64,000 bases of DNA from NCBI GenBank assembly GCA_965279515.1, contig CBDIID010000003.1, positions 3,808,001-3,872,000 of the forward strand, written 5' to 3'. This stretch comes from Turneriella sp. GTDB lineage: Bacteria > Spirochaetota > Leptospiria > Turneriellales > Turneriellaceae. The position numbers and the translations under genes were made by a program. Below the pieces are notes generated by a model that was given only the letters and a program-made list of their open reading frames with translations, was not told the DNA's origin and did no database searches. Shown here in pieces: positions 20,377 through 29,775 of the stretch; the first letter of the stretch is position 1; each line of letters begins with the position of its first letter.

Positions 20377-20430
20377 TACGCAAGGATGCGTTTAGTCTGC
20401 CGCCGCCACGGATGGCGTCTTCGCGGCGGG

Positions 20431-21795
20431 CTAATTCGCAGGGTTACGGCGCAGGCGGAACCAGAAAGCCCCTGCAAACACAACCACCGCTACGAGGGGA
20501 AAAAGCAATTTCTGCGTCAGCGAGAGCGGCGATTTAATTTCGACCTCCGCCTCTTCCTGTTTTTTGACATCCATGATGCCGCCGCCTGCGAGGCTGAATT
20601 CAATCTGGGTTTCGCGCGCGGTAAATGAGATCAGCCCGCGGCCGAGGTTTTCATCGCGCACCCGGCTCATCGTCTTCTCGCCCTGTTTCACTTCGACGTT
20701 TTCGGGTTCGGCGATCAGCTGAAGGCCTGTGTCTTGAGGGTAGAGGGATTGAAAGCGGAGGGCAGTGCCTTTTTCCGCATACGGCATTTTGAACATCACC
20801 TGCAGAATACGGTCGCCGGGTTTAACATTCTGTCCCGCGCTGTAGAAGCCTTTGCGTGCCGCGGGTTTGGGCGTCAGTTTCAGCCACTGGATGCTCGACG
20901 CGCCGCTGCCGACAGAAATGGAGGCCTGTTCGATCTGGGCGTTTTCGGGAAGATAAAATTCGAGCCCCTCTGCGCCGCCGGTAAAGGTGCGCTTGTCGCT
21001 GTTCACGAAAAAGAGAATCATGAGCCCTGAGAGTGTGTCGGCGCTGCTGCGGCGCAGCTCGACAAGTGTGCGTACCCGTACCTTGTCGGTCGATGCCGTG
21101 CTGTCAAAGATGTCGAGGCTGACTTCTGCCGGGCTCTGCATGTTGGGTGGAATCACGCGGCTGTAGGTTACGCCGCGGTATACGGCCTGCACCATATAAG
21201 GCCCGGTCGTCATTTCGGGCAGGTTCAGGAACTCTGTTTTGCCGCCCTGCGTGGTCTTGGCCGTCACGGGTTGCATCCCCTGTTCGAGTTTCAACAGCTG
21301 AACGCTCATGGGCTGCGTCTCGGTACGTGCCAGTGTGCCGTTTTGCACTGTCACGCGGATGTCAAAGGCGCTCAGGTCGCCAGGCAAGGAGAAAACAACG
21401 AGTATGGCACACAGCCAGAGTGCCAGCTTTGCGCCGCAGGCATGGCAGAATTTAGCCGCCGCAGCGGTGATTGCAGCGCCACAGGAGCTGCAGAATTTTG
21501 CGCTGCTCTGCGTTTTTACAGTTATTTCCGGCATGGCAGAGATCTTCTTCTCAATACTGTCCCATTCGCCGAGTAGTTCGTTTTGCAGCCTGCCATAGGT
21601 AATGTCGTCCATTTTACCTACGCTTTTCTCATATTCCATATCACGCAGCGAACCTTTGATGGCTTCGATGCGTTCACCGAGGCGCACCCGTTCTGCATCA
21701 ACGACGGGGGCATCCTGACGGCGCACACGCGCTTCTGAAAAAATCAGGTAGAAGAGCGCGGCGGCGACAATGAGCGCAAAGACTATATAGATCAT
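20431..21795 (-). CDS. CcmI-N-like / zinc-ribbon membrane protein (possible cytochrome c maturation accessory)
   Basis: N-terminal TM + LRDMEYEKSVGKMDDITY, CSSCG...CHACG, second hydrophobic segment, beta-rich domain, C-terminal TM. Confidence 0.55.
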   Translation of the reverse strand: MIYIVFALIVAAALFYLIFSEARVRRQDAPVVDAERVRLGERIEAIKGSLRDMEYEKSVGKMDDITYGRLQNELLGEWDSIEKKISAMPEITVKTQSSAKFCSSCGAAITAAAAKFCHACGAKLALWLCAILVVFSLPGDLSAFDIRVTVQNGTLARTETQPMSVQLLKLEQGMQPVTAKTTQGGKTEFLNLPEMTTGPYMVQAVYRGVTYSRVIPPNMQSPAEVSLDIFDSTASTDKVRVRTLVELRRSSADTLSGLMILFFVNSDKRTFTGGAEGLEFYLPENAQIEQASISVGSGASSIQWLKLTPKPAARKGFYSAGQNVKPGDRILQVMFKMPYAEKGTALRFQSLYPQDTGLQLIAEPENVEVKQGEKTMSRVRDENLGRGLISFTARETQIEFSLAGGGIMDVKKQEEAEVEIKSPLSLTQKLLFPLVAVVVFAGAFWFRLRRNPAN

Positions 21796-22901
21796 GATTT
21801 GCTATCGTCGATCTCGACGGCCTTGTTGTAGATTTTTAATGATTCGGGTGGCGGTGATTTATGTGTATAACGCATCGCAGAACCCGTGGAAGAGAGAAAC
21901 AGCAGCTCGTCCTTGACGCCGATGGCAATCTGTTCGGCCCAGAATGGAAGTTCGGTTTCATTGCCGCCACTGCGGAAAGCCAGCACGCCGTCTTCGATGT
22001 AATAGAACTGGCGGTCGTTGATAAAGGCTGCGTCGCCCCAGACCTTCGCTTTCATTCTGCGGCCGATCTGCGAATCTTTGGGATTCAGCGTGACGAACTC
22101 TTGCGCGCCCGCGCCGCCGATAAAAACGCCGGCGATCTTGGTTTCAGAGACAAGATAAAGTTTGTTCGAGGCGATATCTTTGGAGACGAGTTTCGGCTGT
22201 TTTTCGCCGAGTTGGTAGAGGCGGTAGCTGCCTGCTGCGCCATAGATCATCCACACCTTGTTGTCGGGGGCTGAGTAAAAATATGCGTAGGCCGGGAACT
22301 TCTTCGCCGACTTCTCGGGTTTTGCGCCCTTGTTGAAGAGGGTATCTTTGCCGGTGACGGGACTGTAGACGTGTATCTGGTCGTTCTTCAGGTACCAGAC
22401 CGTGCCGTCGCTTTTCACGGCTGGCTTGGTCACGCAGTGCGAGGTGCCGATTTCACCGAGTTTGGCCTGTTCGACCTGCCAAAGCCAGATTTTGCATTCC
22501 TTCAGTTGTTCGCTGGGTTGTTGCAGAAACACCGCAAAATTGCCGTCGGGCGCAAAATTGACGTCGCGGATTTTACCTGCGATATTCACTTTTTCCTGTT
22601 TGTCTTTGCTGCGGTTGATGACGATGGCGCGCGTATTTTCAAAGGCCTTTTTCGCGAGCTTTTTTTCGATTAGCAGAATTTTCTGGCCGTCGTGCGAGGT
22701 GCGCAGAAAGGAAAACGAAAGCTCACGTTTTGTGATAAAGAACTCTTTGGGCAGCGAGAGCTCATAGGCATTTTTCATAAAAAGCAGCGCCGAATCGTAA
22801 TCTTCTTTAGCGAGCGCAGCCTGGGATTTTTCGATGAATTTTTCGGGGGTAGGGCCGCAGGCAATGAAACAGGCGGCAAATGTCAGCGCAAATCTTCTCA
22901 T
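21792..22901 (-). CDS. Hypothetical lipoprotein, possible beta-propeller
   Basis: Lipobox FIAC; FAPDG/SAPDN-type strand-turn repeats. Confidence 0.6.
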   Translation of the reverse strand: MRRFALTFAACFIACGPTPEKFIEKSQAALAKEDYDSALLFMKNAYELSLPKEFFITKRELSFSFLRTSHDGQKILLIEKKLAKKAFENTRAIVINRSKDKQEKVNIAGKIRDVNFAPDGNFAVFLQQPSEQLKECKIWLWQVEQAKLGEIGTSHCVTKPAVKSDGTVWYLKNDQIHVYSPVTGKDTLFNKGAKPEKSAKKFPAYAYFYSAPDNKVWMIYGAAGSYRLYQLGEKQPKLVSKDIASNKLYLVSETKIAGVFIGGAGAQEFVTLNPKDSQIGRRMKAKVWGDAAFINDRQFYYIEDGVLAFRSGGNETELPFWAEQIAIGVKDELLFLSSTGSAMRYTHKSPPPESLKIYNKAVEIDDSKS

Positions 22902-23371
22902 GGCAATGCTAAGGCAACGACGCCGGTACGCGCCATATGCAGAACTTTAAACGGCTGAATGGCTTCGAGAAAATGTTTCACACGGCGCGGTTCGGCAGCC
23001 ATCTGCAGTAGAATCTGGGTATCGGACATTTCGATCACGGTAGTTTCAAAGAGCCGTGAAAGCATCAAAAGTTCTGCACGCTCGCTTTTTTTGATTTCGA
23101 TGGAGATCAGTAGCAGCTCGCGCTTGACCGAAATCTCGCCGGTCAGGTTTTTGATCTCGATCACGTCCATGAGCTTCAAAAGCTGCTTTGTGATCTGCCC
23201 GATCATCGACTCGTCTTCATCGATAACGAGGGTAATGACCGAATATTTTGGGTCGTGGGTTTCACCGACGCATAACGAATCGATGTTATAACTGCGCCGT
23301 GTGAACAGGCCCGTCACGTGACTCAGGACCCCGGCCGCATTGTTGACCTTCACCGAGAGAACGTGTTTCAT
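22898..23371 (-). CDS. ilvN: Acetolactate synthase small (regulatory) subunit
   Basis: NAAGVLSHVTGLFTRRSYNIDSL, QITKQLLKLMDV, ARTGVVAL. Confidence 0.9.
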   Translation of the reverse strand: MKHVLSVKVNNAAGVLSHVTGLFTRRSYNIDSLCVGETHDPKYSVITLVIDEDESMIGQITKQLLKLMDVIEIKNLTGEISVKRELLLISIEIKKSERAELLMLSRLFETTVIEMSDTQILLQMAAEPRRVKHFLEAIQPFKVLHMARTGVVALALP

Positions 23372-23417
23372 TAAGGCGACTTATGCCGCCGAAACTGACC
23401 GTAAACAAAATTGGCCG

Positions 23418-24107
23418 TCAAAGGGGCGTCAGGTCGCAGAAGCAGAAACTGTGCGATGACTTGTAGCTACGGGTCACCTTTTCGCCGATAACGAAGCGGA
23501 TTTCCCCGTTGAACACGGGGCCTGCGTAACAGAACGTATGGAACTCCCCGTTTTCACCGCAGGGATCGACCCCCGTGGGCAGGTCGGCGACAAAGGCGGC
23601 GTCGATCTCGCGCCCCGCGAATGAGGCATCGAGTACACTCAGATCGACGCAGACCGTCACAGCTTTAAATCCCAGGGCGATAAATTCAGCGATCAGTGTT
23701 TTTGTGTCCTGCTTCCACAGCGGAAAGACTGCGCTGAGACCGACGTCGGCCAGTTTCTCTTCCCGGTAGCGGCGCAAGTCTTCGAGAAAGATGTCACCGA
23801 ACGCGGAGCAGGTGAACCCCGCACGCTGTAGATCACCCACGGCCTGCCGCATCTTGTCTTCGTAGATGGGCATGCCCGGCTCTTCGGGCAGCTCGATGGT
23901 TGAGGCTGGCAACCCCAACGCCCTGATCTGCTGCTCGAGCAGGCTGCGGCGCAGACCGTGCATCGAGACACGGTCGTGTGCCGCATTCACAGAGGTGAGC
24001 AGATGTTCAACGCTGTAGCGCGGGTCGCTCCTGAGCTTGTAAAGAGCCAGCGCCGAATCTTTGCCGGTCGACCAGTTAAAGAATGTTTTTAGCGGTGCGG
24101 CGCTCAA
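23418..24107 (-). CDS. Diphthine-ammonia ligase (Dph6/DUF71)-like PP-loop ATP-binding protein
   Basis: WSTGKDS PP-loop, FGDIFLEDLR, DPCGENGEFHTF; TTG start placed right after the upstream stop. Confidence 0.85.
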   Translation of the reverse strand: MSAAPLKTFFNWSTGKDSALALYKLRSDPRYSVEHLLTSVNAAHDRVSMHGLRRSLLEQQIRALGLPASTIELPEEPGMPIYEDKMRQAVGDLQRAGFTCSAFGDIFLEDLRRYREEKLADVGLSAVFPLWKQDTKTLIAEFIALGFKAVTVCVDLSVLDASFAGREIDAAFVADLPTGVDPCGENGEFHTFCYAGPVFNGEIRFVIGEKVTRSYKSSHSFCFCDLTPL

Positions 24108-24108
24108 A

Positions 24109-24675
24109 CTATACCCGGGCGAGCGCGGGAAAGCGCAGGCGCAGCAGCGCATAGCCGCCGAACAGCACCGTTACATAAAACACATCACCGTAAAGCGTGC
24201 CGCGGAAAAACGGTATCGCCGCATTGTAACAGGCAACGAGCCCCGCGAAGTCATGCGTGTAGATGCTGCCCTGCAGCCACACGCCGAAGTTCGATACCAA
24301 AAAGAAAATGGCGCCGGCGCCCAAACCTGCGCCTGCAACTTTCACCGGCGAAACGCTCTTGCGGAGGATGCCGAGTCCCAAAAGCGCGATGAGAAAGTAG
24401 CTGAGGTATTGCCAGTGGAAGCCGGGGTACATCCAGACGAATCGGGGATTGTACGCGGCGTAGATGACATTGTCGATAAAGAGGCTGGATAACCACATCG
24501 CGGCAAATGGAATCAGAAATACCTGCCAGACGCGTGCAAAGTGTGCAGCGGCCAGCAGCGTGATCGCATCCATCGGCGAGAAGTTGGGCATGTGCGGAAC
24601 GACGCGGCTAAAAGCCGCTACCAAAATAATCGTTGCAAGTGTCATGAACTGAAGGTTGTACTTTTGCTGTTTCAT
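24109..24675 (-). CDS. DUF6580-like putative transport protein (ECF S-component/BtuM-like)
   Basis: SRVVPHMPNFSP, FFLVSNFGVW, Y..AIPFF motifs; ~6 TM; lies under a cobalamin riboswitch. Confidence 0.75.
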   Translation of the reverse strand: MKQQKYNLQFMTLATIILVAAFSRVVPHMPNFSPMDAITLLAAAHFARVWQVFLIPFAAMWLSSLFIDNVIYAAYNPRFVWMYPGFHWQYLSYFLIALLGLGILRKSVSPVKVAGAGLGAGAIFFLVSNFGVWLQGSIYTHDFAGLVACYNAAIPFFRGTLYGDVFYVTVLFGGYALLRLRFPALARV

Positions 24676-24680
24676 AGTTC

Positions 24681-25463
24681 TTATTTGCGGGTTATGTTGG
24701 TCCAGGCAAAGCCGCTGCAACCGCCTGTGCCGGGCGACGTGTACGTCGGCTTCGATGTGCTGTTCGCTGTGGCCAGGTAGCTAGACTGGTTGTAGAGTAA
24801 CTCACAGTAATACAGTTTACGGGTGCTATCGAGAGTCCAGAATATTTTACCGAATTTGTAGCGGTTAAAGCAGCCCGCGCTTTCTTCCTGGTAGACCAGG
24901 TATCCGTTCGTATTGTCGTAATGGATAATTGTTTTTATGCAAAACGTATCATCCCAAGATGTATCGGCAATTGTGTGCGAACCGCTGAAATTGTCGGTAA
25001 AACTGCCTGCGAGTGTCAGGTTTGTTCCGGATGTTAATTTGGTCCAGGCCTTGCCGTTGCAGCCGGTCGTTGAAGGGGACGCTGTATCGGGAGCGCTCGT
25101 TACCGCCTTGACGTCAGCGACGGAATTCTTGCCCGCAATAAAATCACAATACCAGAGCGTGCCCGCCGAATCGTTTATCAGGTAGGTTTTCCCGAATTTG
25201 TCGCTGTTGACGCAAGCTGCTCCACTTTCGCTGTAGATAACAAAGCCATCCGTGCTTTTATAGTCGTAGAGTCCGCGGGTACAGACACCCACGCCCGGGT
25301 TTGTGATCTTCCATGTGCTGATTGAGATTTCGTGTAACTGCGTTAAGGGATCGTGCAGGTTTCCGCTGAAATCCTGACCGGAAGCAGCTGTGTTTTTACA
25401 ATGCGCGAGCAGAATGGTGCACGATAGCGCCATCGAGGCGATAGAAATTTTTTTGAGAATCAT
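24681..25463 (-). CDS. Uncharacterised lipoprotein with two tandem Cys-containing domains
   Basis: Lipobox LAHC, SD AGGAG; two copies of KFGK.....D....L.YC...P.T.GC.G.AWT. Confidence 0.8.
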   Translation of the reverse strand: MILKKISIASMALSCTILLAHCKNTAASGQDFSGNLHDPLTQLHEISISTWKITNPGVGVCTRGLYDYKSTDGFVIYSESGAACVNSDKFGKTYLINDSAGTLWYCDFIAGKNSVADVKAVTSAPDTASPSTTGCNGKAWTKLTSGTNLTLAGSFTDNFSGSHTIADTSWDDTFCIKTIIHYDNTNGYLVYQEESAGCFNRYKFGKIFWTLDSTRKLYYCELLYNQSSYLATANSTSKPTYTSPGTGGCSGFAWTNITRK

Positions 25464-25469
25464 TTAATA

Positions 25470-25487
25470 GCTCCTGAAAACAAGAGC
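25470..25487 (-). promoter_or_regulatory. SD-sequestering hairpin (riboswitch expression platform)
   Basis: Minus strand GCTCTTG-TTTT-CAGGAGC pairs over the AGGAG Shine-Dalgarno. Confidence 0.55.
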
Positions 25488-25560
25488 CCGCGAGAACGAG
25501 CATAGAAAAAATTTACTCGAACTTTTTCGGTACAAGGCCGTATCCTCGGGCCACGTACAC

Positions 25561-25685
25561 AAGAGTTCCCGACTTTCCCCGCCGTTTCTAAAACGGCGAA
25601 AGATCACGGTTGCGGGTCAGCGCCGGATTCACACCGGACTTCCTCTATTGCTGCCGTTAGCGTTGCAAACTGCAGCACGGCATCA
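25561..25685 (-). ncRNA. Cobalamin (B12) riboswitch, short form
   Basis: Minus strand AATAGAGGAAGTCCGGTGTGAATCCGGCGCTGACCCGCAACCGTGA...hairpin...AAGTCGGGAACTC matches the cobalamin aptamer core. Confidence 0.85.
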
Positions 25686-25756
25686 AGTATCGCCGCGACA
25701 GGGTGTAAACCGGCTTTAGGAATTGACAACCCCGCGCGGGGGGATATCCACCCCAC

Positions 25757-26134
25757 ATGAAACTTTTCATACTCGGCGTAATTCTGACTTCACTGGCATT
25801 TACTGCCGCCGGTTGCAAAAAAGGCCAGCCCATTGCCTGCACCGATCGCATGGATAAAATTCCCAATCTCACTAATATCAGCGGGGCGACTCTTAAAGTA
25901 CATTGCCCGCAAAATTGTTTTTCCGGAACCGTCTACGGCGACGGCGTCTACACCGTTGATTCAGCTGTGTGTGTCGCAGCGGTGCATGCGGGCGTTCTGA
26001 ACGCAGTCGACGGCGGCAATATCGAGGTGCGCGTCGTGCCGAGCCAGCCGGGTTATGCAGGTTCTGAAAAGAACGGCATATCGAGCCGGTCATGGTCGAG
26101 TTCATGGGGCAGTACCGCGTTTACAGTGAAATAG
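25757..26134 (+). CDS. LCCL domain lipoprotein
   Basis: Lipobox AAGC; CP..C...VYG..VYT.DS.VC.AAVHAG, GS.KNGI.S LCCL signature. Confidence 0.88.
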   Translation: MKLFILGVILTSLAFTAAGCKKGQPIACTDRMDKIPNLTNISGATLKVHCPQNCFSGTVYGDGVYTVDSAVCVAAVHAGVLNAVDGGNIEVRVVPSQPGYAGSEKNGISSRSWSSSWGSTAFTVK

Positions 26135-26146
26135 GCTCAAACACAC

Positions 26147-26163
26147 TTGGCATGAATCTTGCT
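26147..26163 (+). promoter_or_regulatory. sigma54 (-24/-12) promoter of amtB
   Basis: TTGGCATGAATCTTGCT, GG-N10-GC; amtB is a classical RpoN target. Confidence 0.75.
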
Positions 26164-26185
26164 CTGCCTTAGCAAAGGCGGATTT

Positions 26186-27610
26186 ATGCTTTCGGCAATT
26201 AGCTCTTTCTCAACATCGGTTTTTTCCCGTACTGCGGGCAGATGGCTCTTGCGCCTCAGCTGGCTTTACCTTTTGGTGCCCGCGATTCTCTGGGGTGAAG
26301 ACAAAAAGCCGCCCGCGTTCAACGCCGAAGAGGCGGTGAAGACACTGCGCGGTGAAACCGACCTCGTCTGGCTAATCATCGCCGGCACTCTCGTATTTTT
26401 TATGCAGGCAGGTTTTGCCTATGTCGAGACGGGTTTTTCGCGGAAGAAAAACGCCGTGAATATTCTGATGAAGAATACCTCCGACTTCCTGGTCGGCTCC
26501 CTGGGTTTCTGGGTGATTGGTTTTGCGTTCATGTTCGGGCCGCAGCTGATTCAGGGTTTCGGTTTCGGAAAGCCCATGTTCGGTGACAAACTGCTCGAAG
26601 GGCCTGACGGTAAGCCGATTGCCTTCAATTATGCTTTCCTGTTTTTCCAGATGGTGTTCGCTGGCACCTCGGCGACCATCGTTTCGGGCGCGATGGCCGA
26701 ACGCACGAAGTTCATTTCTTACGTTGTTTTTTCTTTGATCTGTAGTTCTTTTATCTATCCTGTTTTTGGCAGCCTGGTCTGGTCAAACCTGTTCGACGCG
26801 AAAAATGTCGGCTATCTCGCGCAGAAGGGTTTTATCGACTTCGCCGGTTCGACCGTCGTACATTCGATCGGCGGCTGGATGGGCCTTGCGGGTACGATTG
26901 CGCTCGGTGCGCGCATAGGCAAGTTCGGCGCGAAGCACGAGGTGAAGCCGATCCTGGGTCACAACATGAGCATGTCGGTGCTCGGTATGTTCATTCTCTG
27001 GTTCGGCTGGTTTGGTTTTAATCCCGGTTCGACCGGTGTCGTCAAAGACGGGGCGTTTGCGATTATCGCCATCACGACGAACATGGCTGCCTGTGCGGGT
27101 GGTGTCACTGCCATCATCACATCCTGGATTCTTTTCAAGCGTCCCGATGTGAGCATGGTTGTCAACGGTGTGCTGGGCGGCCTTGTTGCGATCACGGCGG
27201 GTTGTAACAATGTCGATCCGAAAGGCGCAGTCGCGATCGGCGGCATTGCCGGCGTGCTCGTCGTCTATGGTGTTTTACTTTTAGATTGGCTGAAGATCGA
27301 CGATCCCGTAGGTGCAGTCTCTGTTCACGGCCTGTGCGGCGCGTGGGGTACGATTGCCGTGGGTCTCTTTGCTAACCCGAACTATGGCGGCGGGCCTGCC
27401 GGTCTTTTCTACGGCGGCGGCGCGGCGCAGTTAGGAGTTCAATCCCTGGGCGCGGGTTTGGCGTTTGCCTGGGCTTTTCCCGCTTCGCTGATTGTTTTCT
27501 ACACGATGAAATGGGTTCCGTTCATCGGCCTGCGGGTTCCTGAGTCTGAAGAGATTGAAGGCCTCGACATTATCGAGCACGGTATCGAGGCCTACCCCGA
27601 AGAGACCTGA
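26186..27610 (+). CDS. amtB: Ammonium transporter
   Basis: FMQAGF, SGAMAER, DFAGSTVVH, WFGWFGFN, DDPVGAVSVHG. Confidence 0.95.
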   Translation: MLSAISSFSTSVFSRTAGRWLLRLSWLYLLVPAILWGEDKKPPAFNAEEAVKTLRGETDLVWLIIAGTLVFFMQAGFAYVETGFSRKKNAVNILMKNTSDFLVGSLGFWVIGFAFMFGPQLIQGFGFGKPMFGDKLLEGPDGKPIAFNYAFLFFQMVFAGTSATIVSGAMAERTKFISYVVFSLICSSFIYPVFGSLVWSNLFDAKNVGYLAQKGFIDFAGSTVVHSIGGWMGLAGTIALGARIGKFGAKHEVKPILGHNMSMSVLGMFILWFGWFGFNPGSTGVVKDGAFAIIAITTNMAACAGGVTAIITSWILFKRPDVSMVVNGVLGGLVAITAGCNNVDPKGAVAIGGIAGVLVVYGVLLLDWLKIDDPVGAVSVHGLCGAWGTIAVGLFANPNYGGGPAGLFYGGGAAQLGVQSLGAGLAFAWAFPASLIVFYTMKWVPFIGLRVPESEEIEGLDIIEHGIEAYPEET

Positions 27611-28075
27611 TCACGGGCACTTGTTAATGATGGAGACGGTGTTTCCCGGTGCCTCGCCGATGGGAGCGATCGACAACATGAGCGATGGTTTCCCTGCCTC
27701 GGCGGCGCATTTTTGAAACTCGAATGCACCGCCGTGGGCATCGTTCTTTTTGAATTTTCCGATCTTAATACCGAAAATGGTTTTGCCGGTGTAGAACTTG
27801 ATTAGTGCGGCGCGATCTCTGGCTTCAATCTTATCGCCGTTTTTAGCGTCGCGGCCGCCAGGGACCATCATATAGGTATCCACACTGAAGCTACCGTCGG
27901 GATATTTATTGATGGTGACTTCTTTGATACCCTTGTAGATGGGGAATTTTTGCCCACCGAAGACGGCAATGCCCTTGCTGACCGGCACAGTTTCCATTTG
28001 CGATTCCTGTGCGGAAACCGCAAAGAGGAGGGCAAGCATGGGTATCGCGCAAAAAAACGCATAGTTCTTTTTCAT
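27611..28075 (-). CDS. Hypothetical secreted protein
   Basis: MKKNY... signal peptide ending AVSA. Confidence 0.6.
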   Translation of the reverse strand: MKKNYAFFCAIPMLALLFAVSAQESQMETVPVSKGIAVFGGQKFPIYKGIKEVTINKYPDGSFSVDTYMMVPGGRDAKNGDKIEARDRAALIKFYTGKTIFGIKIGKFKKNDAHGGAFEFQKCAAEAGKPSLMLSIAPIGEAPGNTVSIINKCP

Positions 28076-28199
28076 TTTTGTTCCTTCGATATCTGCATAC
28101 TTAGTGGTGTCATGCCCCTTGGCTCCGTCAACGGGAATATGGCGTGAAGGCATTTAATTTTCTTTACAAGATAGCCGTATTATGTCACATCTGCCCTGA

Positions 28200-28979
28200 G
28201 TGATTTTACGACATCTGATTTTTTTATCTCTGGCAGCCACCATGGGCTGCGAAGTCAAGAGCTGCTACGAAGAAGCTAAGGAAAAACATCTCAATAAACG
28301 TTATGGCAACCGCGCCGCGGATAAAGGCCAGCTCGCCGACTGGGAAAAAGAGATCGCGGGGTATGAAAAAATTATCAACGAAAAAGTCGATGCCGGTATC
28401 AAGACCGGTAAAGTCTACCGTAAACTGGGGGAATCCTACGCATTGATGGAGAGTTATGAACTCTGCATCAAAAACCTCGACAAAGCCCTCGAATACGGCG
28501 AGGTCGTCGCTGACGTGTTCTACTGGCAGGGCCTCTGCAACGCCAACCTCGCGCGCGTCAATAACTGGCAGGCGGAGTACGCCAAGCGCGCAGAGCAGAG
28601 TTTCCTCAAGGCATTAAATCTCGACAAAACGATGAACAAGGTGAAGTACGAGCTCGCCGTCATGTATTATGTCGGGTTTGCGCGCAATAACCAGTACCGT
28701 GTGCTCTCCGATACCCTGACGGTCTCACAGCAGCAGTTCCAGGATAAGGCGATCGAGCTGATGAAAGAATTCAAAGAGGCTGAACCCGATCAGGCCAAGG
28801 CATATTTTTTCTTATCAGGATTGTACAAGGAGCGTGGCGAAATGGGCGAAGCAAAACGTGAACTGACAGATTTGATACGGCAGATCGAGAAGAATAACGC
28901 GGCGGGTGCAAAACGTAATCTGGATTACACCCGTGCGCAGGACTATCTGAAGAGTTTCGAGGTGCCGCCGAAACCCTGA
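28200..28979 (+). CDS. TPR-repeat lipoprotein
   Basis: Lipobox TMGC; TPR-like YRKLGESY, YWQGLC, AYFFLSGLY. Confidence 0.75.
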   Translation: MILRHLIFLSLAATMGCEVKSCYEEAKEKHLNKRYGNRAADKGQLADWEKEIAGYEKIINEKVDAGIKTGKVYRKLGESYALMESYELCIKNLDKALEYGEVVADVFYWQGLCNANLARVNNWQAEYAKRAEQSFLKALNLDKTMNKVKYELAVMYYVGFARNNQYRVLSDTLTVSQQQFQDKAIELMKEFKEAEPDQAKAYFFLSGLYKERGEMGEAKRELTDLIRQIEKNNAAGAKRNLDYTRAQDYLKSFEVPPKP

Positions 28980-28984
28980 TGCTG

Positions 28985-29773
28985 TTACGGCACGCTGGTT
29001 TCGGTCTGCGGTACACGGCCCTCAGGCAAAGACGAGTCTTTGTAAGAACGCGCCTGGCTTTTGCCCGAAAGAATAATGACATCTATACGGCGATTCAGCG
29101 CGCGCGCTTCCGGGGTTCCCGATTGCGTGAGCTGACGCGTTTTGCCGAAAGTCGCGGCTGAAAGTTTTTCCGCCGGCACTTCGTTTTTCTCTTCGAGAAA
29201 GCGGAGTGCGTTGATAGCGCGCTGCGCGGCGAGTTCCCATGCCGATTCGTAAAATTCACCCGCTGGCCGCGCGGTGAGTTCGTCGTCGGCATAACCTTCG
29301 ATGCGCGTGTATGAATTCATACGCCCGAGTACGTCGGAGATTTTCGTGAGGATAGTGCGTCCCTGTTCCGTGAGCTTGGCCGAACCCGGTGCGAAATAAC
29401 CGTCGCCGATGAGGCTGATGACGATGCCGCGCTCTTCTTCGCTGATCTTGACTTTTTTCTTTTTGATTTCGTCTTCGAAGATCTGCTTAACCTGGAACTT
29501 CTCTTTAGACTGAACCTTGCCCTTAACTTCGGCAGGCATCGCCTCTACGGTAAGCCCCATGTCTTCGAGTTTTTGTTTCGAGAGTGTGTTACCACCGGGC
29601 ATGATACCGCGCGCGCCCTGGAAAGGCGAGAGCATGATGCGCATTTCAGAAATTTTGATCGGCGCAGGCGGCTGGTAGATGGCGATAAAAAAGCAGAGAA
29701 TCAGGGTAATAAAGTCCCCATATGTCGCCATGTAGCGGGGAACTTCCTGGACACAATCGGGGCACTTGGCCAT
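28985..29773 (-). CDS. motB: Flagellar motor stator protein MotB
   Basis: YMATYGDFITLILCFF TM with conserved Asp, OmpA-like C-terminus (AWELAAQRA, NRRIDV). Confidence 0.92.
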   Translation of the reverse strand: MAKCPDCVQEVPRYMATYGDFITLILCFFIAIYQPPAPIKISEMRIMLSPFQGARGIMPGGNTLSKQKLEDMGLTVEAMPAEVKGKVQSKEKFQVKQIFEDEIKKKKVKISEEERGIVISLIGDGYFAPGSAKLTEQGRTILTKISDVLGRMNSYTRIEGYADDELTARPAGEFYESAWELAAQRAINALRFLEEKNEVPAEKLSAATFGKTRQLTQSGTPEARALNRRIDVIILSGKSQARSYKDSSLPEGRVPQTETSVP

Positions 29774-29775
29774 GT

